A DNA stretch of 64,000 nt, from assembly GCA_963764625.1 (NCBI GenBank), contig CAVXTH010000005.1:32001-96000 (forward strand), written 5' to 3'. This document shows, in pieces, positions 8,799-20,884 of the stretch (position 1 is its first letter; each line of letters opens with the position of its first letter). The notes beneath the pieces were generated by a model that saw only the letters and a program-made list of their open reading frames with translations, was not told the origin of the DNA and did not search any database. The translations under genes were made by a program, and so were the position numbers. The DNA comes from Candidatus Krumholzibacteriota bacterium. GTDB lineage: Bacteria; Krumholzibacteriota; Krumholzibacteriia; JAJRXK01.

Positions 8799-9479
8799 AT
8801 GCGCGCGAATTCGCCAATCGAGGCGGCGGTTTTCGACCTGGACGGAACCCTGGTGGATTCGCGTCAGGCCATCGTCCATGCGGTCGCCGAAGGCGTTCGC
8901 CGCGTCTTTGAGAATCACGCGATCGACGATCACGCGCCCGACGAAACCGCGATCATGGATGCCATGGGCCTTCCCCCGGTGGAATACTACCGCAGAATCC
9001 TTCCTTCGCACCTGGCCCATCTGGCCGGCGAGGTCAAGGAGAGCGCCACCGCCGCCGAAATCGAAGTTCTGGCGCGGGGCGAGGGGAAGCTGTACCCGAA
9101 AGTACGCGAGACCCTGCAACAGCTGCGCGCGCGGGGCGTTCGCCTCGCGATCGTGAGCAACGCGCAGGAGCCGTATTTCCGCGCGTGTATACGCTACTTG
9201 AAGCTCTCGGATCTGGTGGAACACACCGAGTGTCACGAGGAACTTCCCGTGGGTGTCGGCGAAGGCAAGCCCGTGCTCTTGCGGCGGGCCCTCACAGAAT
9301 TGGGCGTGGAGGCGGCGCGCAGTGTGATGGTCGGAGACCGCAGGGAAGACATCGCCGCGGGCCAAGAACTGGGGTGCGCGACCGTCGGTTTGAGCTATGG
9401 CTTCGCGGGAGAGGGGGAACTCGAGGACGCCGATCAGGTGTACGCCGAATTCGAGCGCCTCCTGGAACTGGCGCGCTGA
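8799..9479 (+). CDS. HAD-superfamily hydrolase (phosphoglycolate phosphatase-like)
   Basis: FDLDGTL, SN, KP and VGDRREDI motifs. Confidence 0.88.
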   Translation: MRANSPIEAAVFDLDGTLVDSRQAIVHAVAEGVRRVFENHAIDDHAPDETAIMDAMGLPPVEYYRRILPSHLAHLAGEVKESATAAEIEVLARGEGKLYPKVRETLQQLRARGVRLAIVSNAQEPYFRACIRYLKLSDLVEHTECHEELPVGVGEGKPVLLRRALTELGVEAARSVMVGDRREDIAAGQELGCATVGLSYGFAGEGELEDADQVYAEFERLLELAR

Positions 9480-9567
9480 TTCCGCCTCGCCACAAGCGCA
9501 CGCCGAGTACCCTTCCGACACAAGCCCACCCCCCACTGCGCCTTTTGGAGAATGGCGCCGAGGTCCC

Positions 9568-10783
9568 TCAGGCCACTCCCAGCTGCGCCCGCAGCGTCTG
9601 CAGTCCTTGGGCCGCGTCTCCCTCGAAACTACCCTGCGCTCGCTGCGCCTGACCACCGCCCTTGCCTCCCAGGGGCTTCAGAGGCGCGGCTCAGAATCTG
9701 TCCGCAGTGCAGAGACTCCAGCCCGACTCCACGCGAGAGGATCACCCGCGAGCGCTCGCCCTGCGGCGCCACTAAGAGTATGAGCAGATCGTTTTCCTCC
9801 CGCAGGGCGTTCGCAACTTCCGTCGCAGCGCCGGCAAGGGAGGGCGGAAGCACCCGGGCCAGCACCCGCGCGGAAACTCCCTCCAGCACGCAGTCCTGCG
9901 CTTCTGTGAGCCAGCGCTGGGCGCTCATCGCCGCCAGCTGGGCAGCCAGTTCCGCCGTTTGCTTGGCGTTGGTCTTGAGATCCTCGCGCTGGCGTTCGAC
10001 CAACGCTTCCAACTCCGCGTCACCGGTGGTGAGAAGGCGCCCCAGGCGGCCCACGAGACGGTCGCGTGAACGCCGGTAGTGAAGAGCGCGACGGCCGCAG
10101 AGAAAGTGCAGCCGGATTCCCCCACGCACTTTCTCGCGCCGCTGGATTGCAATGAGACCAATCTCCGCCGTGTTCGCGCAGTGGGTTCCCCCGCAGGCGT
10201 TGCGATCGAAGCCATCGATCTCGATGACGCGAAGCTCGGTTTGCCCCGGCGGGATCTTGCCGCGATCGACACTGTCCACGTCTTTCGGATCACGGAACCG
10301 CACCTGCACCGGCCGGGCCTCTTGGATCACCTGGTTCGCCGCGTCCTCGACGCGGTCGAGGGTCGCGTAGTCGAGGTCCTCCACTTCCAAGTCCAGCGTG
10401 TTCCCCGATTCCCCCAGACGCGAGCTGGTGGTGGAAAGACCCAGTTCGTCTTCGAAAATGCGTGAGAGAACGTGCTGGCCGGTGTGCTGCTGCCGGTGAT
10501 CCGCCCGGCGGAGTTCGTCCACCACACCCTCGACCTGGGCGCCCACCGCGAGCTCCGATTCTCCGGTGACGAAGTGGATGATCTCTCCCTTTTCTTCGTG
10601 CACATCCACCACTTGGTCTCCGTTCAGGGTTCCGCGATCGGCCATCTGTCCCCCGCTCTCCGGGTAGAAACAGCTGACGTCGAGACGCACGCGGCGCGGC
10701 CCTTCGCCCTCGGACTCGACGGCGGTGATCCGGGCCTGAAACCGGCATCGGTAGGCGTCGCGGTAGTAGAGGCGTTCGGTCAC
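9568..10783 (-). CDS. AlaX-like alanyl-tRNA editing protein with DHHA1 domain (frameshifted near 9680)
   Basis: LYYRDAY, FYPESGGQMADRG, QQHTGQH, CGGTH. The DHHA1 motif LGGKGGG...AQG continues in a shifted frame to TGA at 9570-9568. Confidence 0.85.
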
Positions 10784-11016
10784 GGCAGAAGCTCCCTCCT
10801 GGAAAATGCCCGCCCGCCGGAACACGGGTGGGTTCTCTTCCGCCTCTCATCATACGCCAGGCGCCCCGGCTCTCAAATACCCCTGGATCCCCCGGGGGAA
10901 AGGTCCTGGGTTGGGGGCCGCAAACGCGGCCCAGCGCGCTTTCCGGCTTGATTTGGGTGCAGCTCTTGCATAGACTGAAGGCAAGCGTGGAGAAAGAGGT
11001 CTTGGGCTCGCTTTTT

Positions 11017-11047
11017 ATTGATATTGATTTGCAATTTCAATTAAAAT
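11017..11047 (+). promoter_or_regulatory. Fur box-like operator overlapping the feoAB promoter
   Basis: AT-rich inverted repeat ATTGATATTG-N5-CAATTTCAAT (13/19 match to GATAATGATAATCATTATC at 11020-11038); TTGATA-N18-TAAAAT. Confidence 0.7.
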
Positions 11048-11123
11048 GAGCTAGCTTGGGATTCACTGGGGAAGTCGTTGGGGGGACTCGCTCCCCTGTC
11101 GCACGCTGGAGGAAACGCTCACG

Positions 11124-11345
11124 ATGACTCTCGATCAGCTCAAACCAGGTGAACGCGGTGTAATCACCGGCTGGACCGAGCAGGAGCCCCCGAGCCGTCT
11201 GCTCGAAATGGGTCTTCTGCAGGGCACGCTGCTGGAGATCATTCGCCTGGCCCCCTTGGGCGACCCCATCGACATTCGGATTCGCGGCTATCACCTCTCT
11301 CTGCGCAAGCACGAGGCTGGACTCGTCGAAGTTCAGCCCCTCTGA
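11124..11345 (+). CDS. feoA: Ferrous iron transport protein A
   Basis: RLLEMGL..G, APLGDPI, LSLRKHEA; GGAGG RBS. Confidence 0.95.
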   Translation: MTLDQLKPGERGVITGWTEQEPPSRLLEMGLLQGTLLEIIRLAPLGDPIDIRIRGYHLSLRKHEAGLVEVQPL

Positions 11346-11352
11346 GATCTCC

Positions 11353-13506
11353 ATGCGCTGGACCACCGGCGGAAGTTCCGCCCCCACCCTTTCCGAGCAT
11401 GCGAAGGCTGTCCGACTCGTTGCGCTGGCCGGAAACCCCAACGTGGGAAAGACCACCGTCTTCAATCAGCTCACGGGTTTACGTCAGAAAGTCGGCAACT
11501 ACCCCGGCGTCACAGTGGAGCGCAAGATCGGCCAGGTCACCACCGAGGGTGAGCTCGCGGTACAGCTCGTCGACGTTCCCGGGACCTACAGTTTGAATCC
11601 GCGCTCGATGGACGAGGAGATCGCCTACCGGGTGTTGGTGGGCGAAATGCAGGGACAGGAACGCCCCGATCTCATCGTCTGCGTGGTCGATGCGGGAAAT
11701 CTCGAGCGGAACCTCTATTTGACGAGCCAGGTCCTCGATCTGGGAATTCCCACCATCATCGCCCTCAACATGACCGACTCCTCGGAGCGCGAAGGCGTTT
11801 TCGTGGACGCTTCGGCTCTGTCCCGCGAGCTCGGGGTCCCGGTTTTTCCCCTGGCCGCGAGCAGCGGCAGGGGAATCGACACGCTGCGGCGCAGCCTCGC
11901 GGGGGAATTACCTCAAGTTCCACCCCGGCGCTGGAAGGCGCCGCCGGCCCTGCAGAAAGAGGTCGACCATCTGGCCGATTGTCTGGCCGAGGACCTGCCC
12001 AGTCTCTCTCCTTCGGTACGCTTCGCCGACGCCCTGCGAGCCCTGGCGAACACGACGGCTCCCCGCTTCGAAAGCCATCATTCCGAGCGCTTCTGGAACG
12101 AGGTCGAAGCCTCACGCCAGAGCTTGCGCGCGCAGGGGACGCTGTACGAACAAGAGGAGATCATCGCGCGCTACCAGTGGATCACTCCTTTGGCCGCGCG
12201 GGTCATCCAACTCAGACAAGAGGAAAATTACCGCAGCGTCAGCGAGAGAATCGACTCCATCCTGACCCATCGCTTCCTCGGTCCGGCCTTTTTCTTGGCC
12301 GTCCTGCTGGTGGTGTTTCAAGCGGTGTTCAGCTGGGCCGCGCCCTTCATGAATTGGATCCAAGACGGAATGGGCTGGCTGTCGACTGTGGCCAGTGCCC
12401 ATTTGCCGGCCGGTCTCTTACGCGGTTTGATCGTCGACGGAGTGCTCTCGGGAGTGGGCGGTGTGCTCGTCTTCCTTCCACAGATCCTCCTCCTCTTCTT
12501 CTTCCTGGGGCTTCTGGAAGACACCGGATACATGGCCCGCGTCGCATTCATCATGGACCGTCCCATGCGCAAGGTGGGCCTCAGCGGTCGCTCGGTCGTT
12601 CCGCTGATTTCCTCCTACGCCTGTGCGATCCCGGGGATCATGGCCACCCGCACCATGGACAGCCAGCGCGACCGTCTGGTCACCATGATGGTCGCTCCGT
12701 TCATGACCTGTTCGGCGCGGCTGCCGGTCTACGCCCTGGTCATTTCCGCCTTCGTCCCCGCGGCCGGCCACTTCGGATTCATCAGCTACCAGGCCCTTGC
12801 CCTCATGAGCTTGTACTTGATGGGTACGGGAATGGCCGTGCTCGCCGCCGCGTTTCTGCGCCATCGGATCATCAAGGGCAACGCCTCCACCTTCGTGATG
12901 GAGCTTCCCCCCTACCATAGGCCCCGACTGCGCGACGTGGCCTGGCGCATGTCCGAACGGGCCAAGATCTTTCTCACCCGCGCGGGAACGATCATTCTGG
13001 CCATGAGCATCGTACTCTGGTTCCTGGCCGCTTTCCCGCAGGCCCCCACCGACCCGGCGGGGGGTCAGATCGATTCGGGCACCCAGCTCGCCAACTCCTA
13101 CATGGGCCGAGCCGGACATCTCTGGGAGCCCATGCTGAAACCGCTCGGCTTTGACTGGAAGATCGGGGTGGCGCTACTCTCGTCCTTCGCGGCCCGGGAG
13201 GTCGTGGTCAGCGCGCTCGGCACCATCTACAGCGTGGGCGATACTTCAGGCGACGTCTCCACTCTGGAAAAGCGTCTGGTGAACGACACCTATCCCGATG
13301 GGACGCGCGTGTGGTCGCCGCTGGTCGCGGCGAGCCTGCTCATGTTCTTCGTACTCGCCTGCCAGTGCATGTCGACCCTCGCGGTGGTGAAACGGGAGAC
13401 GAATTCCTGGCGATGGCCGCTCTTCATGTGGACCTACATGTTCGCCCTAGCCTGGATCGCGTCCTTCACGGTCTACCAGGGTGGCCTTCTCTTGGGATGG
13501 GGGTGA
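11353..13506 (+). CDS. feoB: Ferrous iron transporter B
   Basis: GNPNVGKT, GNYPGVTVE, DVPGTYS, NMTD, CSARLP, SFAAREVVV. Confidence 0.97.
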   Translation: MRWTTGGSSAPTLSEHAKAVRLVALAGNPNVGKTTVFNQLTGLRQKVGNYPGVTVERKIGQVTTEGELAVQLVDVPGTYSLNPRSMDEEIAYRVLVGEMQGQERPDLIVCVVDAGNLERNLYLTSQVLDLGIPTIIALNMTDSSEREGVFVDASALSRELGVPVFPLAASSGRGIDTLRRSLAGELPQVPPRRWKAPPALQKEVDHLADCLAEDLPSLSPSVRFADALRALANTTAPRFESHHSERFWNEVEASRQSLRAQGTLYEQEEIIARYQWITPLAARVIQLRQEENYRSVSERIDSILTHRFLGPAFFLAVLLVVFQAVFSWAAPFMNWIQDGMGWLSTVASAHLPAGLLRGLIVDGVLSGVGGVLVFLPQILLLFFFLGLLEDTGYMARVAFIMDRPMRKVGLSGRSVVPLISSYACAIPGIMATRTMDSQRDRLVTMMVAPFMTCSARLPVYALVISAFVPAAGHFGFISYQALALMSLYLMGTGMAVLAAAFLRHRIIKGNASTFVMELPPYHRPRLRDVAWRMSERAKIFLTRAGTIILAMSIVLWFLAAFPQAPTDPAGGQIDSGTQLANSYMGRAGHLWEPMLKPLGFDWKIGVALLSSFAAREVVVSALGTIYSVGDTSGDVSTLEKRLVNDTYPDGTRVWSPLVAASLLMFFVLACQCMSTLAVVKRETNSWRWPLFMWTYMFALAWIASFTVYQGGLLLGWG

Positions 13507-13709
13507 GCTCGGTGAACATCCTGCAATTCGTGGTCGTGATCGGGCTCGTGATTCTCGCCGCGGTCTATGCCGCGCGCCATGTCTTGCGCCAGTTCAATAC
13601 GGCCGATCAGGACTTCAGTGAGAGTGGAGGCGCGTGTTCGAACTGTAGTGCGAACGCGCTCGCGCGGAAGGCCAAGCGGATCGAGCCCTCACACCGCAAT
13701 TCGAGGTAG
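13503..13709 (+). CDS. FeoB-associated Cys-rich small membrane protein
   Basis: GTGA overlap with the feoB stop; N-terminal TM helix followed by GGACSNC. Confidence 0.7.
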   Translation: MSSVNILQFVVVIGLVILAAVYAARHVLRQFNTADQDFSESGGACSNCSANALARKAKRIEPSHRNSR

Positions 13710-14840
13710 GGCTGGCGAGATTCGCGCCAGCACTTCGTAGTGGATCGTCCCTGCCCATTCCGCGAGCGTCTCCGCCGTGAGCTTCTCGCCCTCTTGCGTT
13801 CCCAGAAGGACTGCCTCGTCCCCGAGTTCCACTTGGGAAAGATGGGTAACGTCCACCATCATCAAGTTCATGCAGATGCGACCGCGCACCGCGCACCGCT
13901 TTCCGTGCAACAGCACGTGGGCGCGACCGGACATGCTTCGCGAATAGCCATCCGCGTATCCCACCGGGAGAAGCGCCAGGCGAGTGTCGACCTCCGCCTT
14001 GTCGGTGCATCCGTAGCCGATGTACGAACCGGCCGGAACCGTTTTGAGTTGAGCGACCCGCACTTTCCAGCTGAGAGCGGGCCCGATGCTAAGCTCCTCG
14101 TCCGAACCCCCTTTTCGGGCCGAAACCAGAGTCGCCGAGCTCGGCCAGTAGCCGTAGGCCGAAATGCCGATGCGTGCGAGATCCATGTAGCGCGAGGGGA
14201 AGAGGATCGCGGCCGCGCTGCAACTCATGTGAATGGCCTGAGGACGCAGGCCCGACCGCGAGATTTGTTCCAACACCTCGTCGAAGACCCGAGATTGCTC
14301 TTCCGCATAGCTGTGATCGGTCGTGTCCTCGATGTTGGCGTAATGGCTGTGCACGCCGACCAACTCGAGTGCGGGTTCGCTCTTGATCGCCGCGAGACAG
14401 CTCGCCAGCTCCTCGCCGGTCACTCCCTGTCGCCAGGTTCCCGTCTCCACCTTGAGGTGGATCTTGGCCGGATAGCCGCTCTTCAAGGCGACCTGGGCCA
14501 GATCGCGCAAGCGCGGCGCATCGTACACCGTCAGGTCGAAGCCCGCCTCGATCGCCGCCTGCATTTCATCATCACCTAGAGGCCCCAGGATCAGGATACG
14601 CCGGCCGAGCGCCAACTCGGCCACGAGTTTGGCCTCGGTGAACGAATGGACGCAGAACCAGGAGGCCCCCCCCGCGGCAAACGCCCGCGCCGCGAGCTGA
14701 AGACCGTGGCCGTACGCATTGCTCTTCACCACCGGGGCGAGCGCCGTGTTCTGGGGCAGGTGTTTCGCGAAGGCCCGGAGATTTTGCGTCAAGACCTCGG
14801 TCTCGACTTCAACCCATTGCAAAGCCGCGATCGCGGACAT
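13689..14840 (-). CDS. alr: Alanine racemase
   Basis: VVKSNAYGHG, IGYG, GYADG, GRICMN, TIHYEV. Confidence 0.96.
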   Translation of the reverse strand: MSAIAALQWVEVETEVLTQNLRAFAKHLPQNTALAPVVKSNAYGHGLQLAARAFAAGGASWFCVHSFTEAKLVAELALGRRILILGPLGDDEMQAAIEAGFDLTVYDAPRLRDLAQVALKSGYPAKIHLKVETGTWRQGVTGEELASCLAAIKSEPALELVGVHSHYANIEDTTDHSYAEEQSRVFDEVLEQISRSGLRPQAIHMSCSAAAILFPSRYMDLARIGISAYGYWPSSATLVSARKGGSDEELSIGPALSWKVRVAQLKTVPAGSYIGYGCTDKAEVDTRLALLPVGYADGYSRSMSGRAHVLLHGKRCAVRGRICMNLMMVDVTHLSQVELGDEAVLLGTQEGEKLTAETLAEWAGTIHYEVLARISPALPRIAV

Positions 14841-14866
14841 TCTCGTCTCCTCGCCGCCGAGCCGGC

Positions 14867-15859
14867 TCAGTTTTCCGGGGGTGCCACACCTTCGAGATGA
14901 CCGTAGAGCTCGTGCCGGTGCCGCAGGAGTTTGAATCCCAATTCCCTGGCCAGCTTCTCCTGAAGCTCCTCGATCTTGTCGTTGCGGAACTCGATGATCC
15001 TCCCGCTCCTCTGACAGATCATGTGGTCGTGGTGCTCCAGCCCGCGGGTCTCGTAGCGGGTGCGACCGCCCTCGAAACTCCGGCTGGCGGCAAGACCCGA
15101 ATCGACCAGCAGTTTCAGGGTGCGGTACACGGTGGCGTATCCGATCTGCGGATCGCTCCGCTTCACTTCCGCGAGCAACTCGTCGACGCTGACGTGGCCC
15201 TCGAGCTTCGCGAAGATCTCCACGATAAGATCGCGTTGTCGGGTCGATTTCAAATGTTCCTGGGACAGGTACTTGCGGAAGGCGGTGGGAAGATTCTCGG
15301 CGGACCGGCGCTCGTGGGAAGCGGGCTGGGAGGTCTTGGAGCTGAAGGGTCGTCCAGCGAGTTTGTCCTGGCCGTCTTTGGAATTGAAGCGGCAGGGACG
15401 GCCGGCGAAGAAATCCTCACAGACTCCGTAGAGTTCGTGGCAGTGATTCTCGATGTGAAACCCGGCCGTCTTCGCCACCTCTTCCTGTAGCGCTTCCACT
15501 TCTGGCAGCTTGAACTCGATGACGAGTCCGCATTCCGCACAGATGAGATGGTCGTGATGTTCCTGGCCGCGAACCTCGTAGCGGCTCTCTCCGTCTCCGA
15601 AATGCCGCACGCTGGCCAGGCCCGAATCGACCAAGAGCTTCAGGGTGCGGTAGACCGTGGCGTAGCCGATGCCCTTTTCCTTGCGGGTAACCTCGCGCAG
15701 CAAGTCCTCGACACTCGCGTGCCCCTCCATGCGCGCGAACACGCCCACGATGGCCTCGCGCTGGCGCGTGCACTTCAGGTTTTCCCTCAGGAGATAGGCG
15801 CGGAACTCGTCGACCAGATCGGAAGAACCCCGCGCGTCAGGAGACTTTGTCTCTACCAT
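14867..15859 (-). CDS. Fur-family regulator with two tandem Fur domains
   Basis: Two copies of TRQR...H.SV..L...IGYATVYRTLKLLVDSGLA...HHDH.IC; ATG 15859 with GGAGG RBS. Confidence 0.9.
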   Translation of the reverse strand: MVETKSPDARGSSDLVDEFRAYLLRENLKCTRQREAIVGVFARMEGHASVEDLLREVTRKEKGIGYATVYRTLKLLVDSGLASVRHFGDGESRYEVRGQEHHDHLICAECGLVIEFKLPEVEALQEEVAKTAGFHIENHCHELYGVCEDFFAGRPCRFNSKDGQDKLAGRPFSSKTSQPASHERRSAENLPTAFRKYLSQEHLKSTRQRDLIVEIFAKLEGHVSVDELLAEVKRSDPQIGYATVYRTLKLLVDSGLAASRSFEGGRTRYETRGLEHHDHMICQRSGRIIEFRNDKIEELQEKLARELGFKLLRHRHELYGHLEGVAPPEN

Positions 15860-15906
15860 GGTCAAGCCTCCCCAACCGGGGAAATTCGAGGGCGCCAGCT
15901 CGATCT

Positions 15907-15956
15907 TGAAAATGACTATCAATGCCGAAACTAGGCGAGCCCCCGGGGGCTGTCAA
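15907..15956 (-). promoter_or_regulatory. sigma70 promoter and Fur box upstream of the tandem Fur gene
   Basis: TTGACA (15956-15951)-N17-TAGTTT; 7-1-7 box TGAAAAT-G-ACTATCA at 15907-15921 (12/14 match to TGATAAT-N-ATTATCA). Confidence 0.7.
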
Positions 15957-17464
15957 GCAGTCGCGGAGCTGGGCGCGTCCAGGGAGGTGATCAGCGCTTC
16001 CTGTCCGTCGTACTGGATCAGGATCGGCTTTTCCTGGTAAACGCTCTCGATGCAGACCGGCTTTCCCCACAGGGCGAAGAGGTTCGCCAGGGTGGCTTTG
16101 GCGTATTCGATGTCCAGCGGAATTCCCTCGTAGGTGTGCTTGAGAAAGAGGATCCCGTGCCCCTTGTGATCGGCGTCGACAACGGTGATCAGGGGGTGAC
16201 CCCCGTTAGTGAGTTGGGCCAGTAGCTGCTTCTTGATCTTGGCGAACTCCCGGCTCGCGATGACGTACTGATCCTTTTCCAGATCATACCGATAGATGAA
16301 CATGCGGTGTTCCTGGGCGAACTCCTCGGTGAGGAAGGTGTCGATGAAAGTGACGTCGTTGTGCACCGTACGCACTTCGAAGATCTTCTCGCGTCCCTTC
16401 CCGATTCCGGTATCCCAGTTCATGCGTTCCTTGTAGTTCTCGCAGTCCTCGTACGCGTTCCCGAAGCGGCCCTTGTTCCACCTCTCCTCGATGTCGCGGT
16501 AGAGATAGAGGCCCAGCTTGTAGGGATTGACCGAGTCGTTTCCTCCCATGGTGCCGCTGTGATGGTCGGCGAAATCCACGATCTCCGAGTCGTTGAGGAC
16601 TTTCTCCGTCATGAGTTTGGAGTGCCAATAGCTGGCCCAGCCCTCGTTCATGATCTTGGTCTGCCACTGTGGGGCGAAGTAGTAGGATTCGTCGCGGATC
16701 ATACCCAGGATATCCCGTTGCCAACGGGTCAACGGCGCGTGCTGCATGAGGAAGAGCAGAACATCGCGCTCCGGGCTTTCGGGAAACTTCTTGGGTTGCC
16801 GCTGCTTTTCTTCGCGCTTGCGTCTTTCCCTTTCTTCCTGCACCGCCGCGGTCGCGTTGATGAAGCTCTCCATGTACGACTTGGCTTCGAAACGCACGCG
16901 AGGCGCCGGCTCCGGTTCAACCGGAGCGGTCTCGTCCACCGACGTCCGTTTCTTGCTTCGAAACACGGAGTGAACGTCGATCAGACGCTCGAGGGATACA
17001 CACCGGTCGAGAAACTGCTCGACCTCGTCGAGTCCGAAGCGTGCGATGTAACGACGGATGCGCGAGGCGTGATTCGCCATGGTGTCGATCATTTGACGAT
17101 CGGTCTGTGAAAACCATACATTGTTCTTGAAGAAATCGCAGTGACCGTACACGTGACACATTACGAGTTTCTGGTCGACGAGATGGTTCTCCTTCATCAG
17201 GTAGGCGTAGCAGGGGTCGTTGTTGATGACCATTTCGTAGATCTTCGAGAGTCCGTACGCGTAGCCTTTGCTGAGCTGGTCGAAACTCATGCCATGCGAC
17301 CAATGGGGATAGCGGACGGGGAAACCGCCGTAGCTGGCCACTTCGTTCAGTTGGCGATAGTCGATGACTTCGAAGTTTAGCTCGAAGAAATCCAGGCCGT
17401 ACTCGCGCGCGTACGTCTCGATCTTCACCTTCCAGCCCCTCAGATCCTCGCTCAACTCCGACAT
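15953..17464 (-). CDS. spoVR: SpoVR/YcgB family protein
   Basis: RYPHWS.G, IYEMVINNDPC, HVYGHCDFFKNN, TKIMNEGWASYWH, NPYKLG. Confidence 0.95.
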   Translation of the reverse strand: MSELSEDLRGWKVKIETYAREYGLDFFELNFEVIDYRQLNEVASYGGFPVRYPHWSHGMSFDQLSKGYAYGLSKIYEMVINNDPCYAYLMKENHLVDQKLVMCHVYGHCDFFKNNVWFSQTDRQMIDTMANHASRIRRYIARFGLDEVEQFLDRCVSLERLIDVHSVFRSKKRTSVDETAPVEPEPAPRVRFEAKSYMESFINATAAVQEERERRKREEKQRQPKKFPESPERDVLLFLMQHAPLTRWQRDILGMIRDESYYFAPQWQTKIMNEGWASYWHSKLMTEKVLNDSEIVDFADHHSGTMGGNDSVNPYKLGLYLYRDIEERWNKGRFGNAYEDCENYKERMNWDTGIGKGREKIFEVRTVHNDVTFIDTFLTEEFAQEHRMFIYRYDLEKDQYVIASREFAKIKKQLLAQLTNGGHPLITVVDADHKGHGILFLKHTYEGIPLDIEYAKATLANLFALWGKPVCIESVYQEKPILIQYDGQEALITSLDAPSSATA

Positions 17465-17467
17465 GCC

Positions 17468-18574
17468 CTACCTACCCTTCCCGAGGAAGTCTTTGATGCT
17501 GTCTGGAATGTCGTCCTTGGTGTCGATCTGACTGGTGACCAGGTTCTCCGCGCCCTCGAGCTGCTTGTCCAATTCGCGTTTGAACTGGCCCGAACCGTAG
17601 GTGGATGTCACCTGGCCATAGGAGAATTGATTGACGGCCGGCAAGAGGGTCTCTTTCAAGAGTGCCAGACAACGTTCGGTATCGCCTCCGCCCCAGTTGT
17701 CCCCGTCGGAAAAATGGAAAGGATAGATATTCCATTCGTGCGGCGGATAATTTTCGTCGATGATTTCCGCGCACAAATTGTAAGCGCTGCTGATCTTGGT
17801 GCCACCGCTCTCGCGGGTGTGGAAGAAGGTGTGGCGATCGACTTCGTGGGCCACCGCGTCATGGATCACAAAGCGCGTCTGCAGGTTGGCGTATTGGCTC
17901 TTGAGCCAGGTGTCGATCCAGAAGGCCTCGATCCGCACCGTCTCCTTTTGCTCGTCCCCCATCGACCCCGAGACGTCCATCATGTAGATGATGACGGCGT
18001 TGGAGGCCGGCTGCTGCACCTTCACCGGAGCCCGGTAGCGCATGTCGCGACGAATGGGAATGACCATCGGGTCGAGCGGGTCGTAGGCTCCGGTCTGGAG
18101 CTGGCGCTTGAGCGCCTCCCGATAGCTGCGCTTGAAGTGGCGTAAGCCCTGGGGCCCCACCAACTGGATGCTGCTGTAGCGAGAGCGGGCCGAGCTGATC
18201 TGTTGCTTGCCCCTGGGCTCGATGCGGGGGAGCTCGAGTTCCTCTCCCATGAGCTTCGCCAACTCGTCGATGGAGAGCTCGACCTCCAGGACGTGTTCTC
18301 CCGGGGCGTCGCCGGCGGGACCGGCAGCGTCCCCTTCCTGGCCGGGGGCGGGCTGGCCTTCAGCGCCTTCGCCGAAGCCGATTCCCCCCTGCTCCTTGGC
18401 TCCAAAACGAAAGCGGGGAATTTCGATGGTGGGCACGGGGATGGACACGAGGTCCTTCCCCTTGCGTCCGATCATCTCGCCGTGCGAGATGTAGCGGCGC
18501 AGGTTCTCCTTGATCCGGCCACGGACGATATCCTGGAAACGGTGGAGATCACGATCGATGCGGCTGATCTGCAT
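17468..18574 (-). CDS. yeaH: YeaH/YhbH (DUF444) vWA-like protein
   Basis: [30 protein letters not shown]; lies between prkA and spoVR. Confidence 0.93.
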   Translation of the reverse strand: MQISRIDRDLHRFQDIVRGRIKENLRRYISHGEMIGRKGKDLVSIPVPTIEIPRFRFGAKEQGGIGFGEGAEGQPAPGQEGDAAGPAGDAPGEHVLEVELSIDELAKLMGEELELPRIEPRGKQQISSARSRYSSIQLVGPQGLRHFKRSYREALKRQLQTGAYDPLDPMVIPIRRDMRYRAPVKVQQPASNAVIIYMMDVSGSMGDEQKETVRIEAFWIDTWLKSQYANLQTRFVIHDAVAHEVDRHTFFHTRESGGTKISSAYNLCAEIIDENYPPHEWNIYPFHFSDGDNWGGGDTERCLALLKETLLPAVNQFSYGQVTSTYGSGQFKRELDKQLEGAENLVTSQIDTKDDIPDSIKDFLGKGR

Positions 18575-18588
18575 CTCGGCCGCCTTCG

Positions 18589-20652
<2,064 letters not shown>

Positions 20653-20706
20653 CGTCTTCTCCCGCAATTGGGGCCTCAAACTTGGGGGATCGTCCTACAT
20701 GCAGGC

Positions 20707-20722
20707 TGCAATCTCCATACCA
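20707..20722 (-). promoter_or_regulatory. sigma54 -24/-12 promoter of prkA-yeaH-spoVR
   Basis: TGGTATGGAGATTGCA (GG-N10-GC); E. coli yeaGH is known to be sigma54/NtrC-dependent. Confidence 0.65.
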
Positions 20723-20884
20723 AGCTCGAATCTGATGTCAACTGGTGTGATGACAAGCCGTTGCGCTCGCAGGGGTGCAAGGTCATGGAGTGGAACTCGC
20801 CGCTGACATCCTCAACTTAGCCATGGTGGGCGGGGGCCGTCAAGCAAACCGAAGCACGCTGTGCGCGGCCGAAACGGCCCGAGC

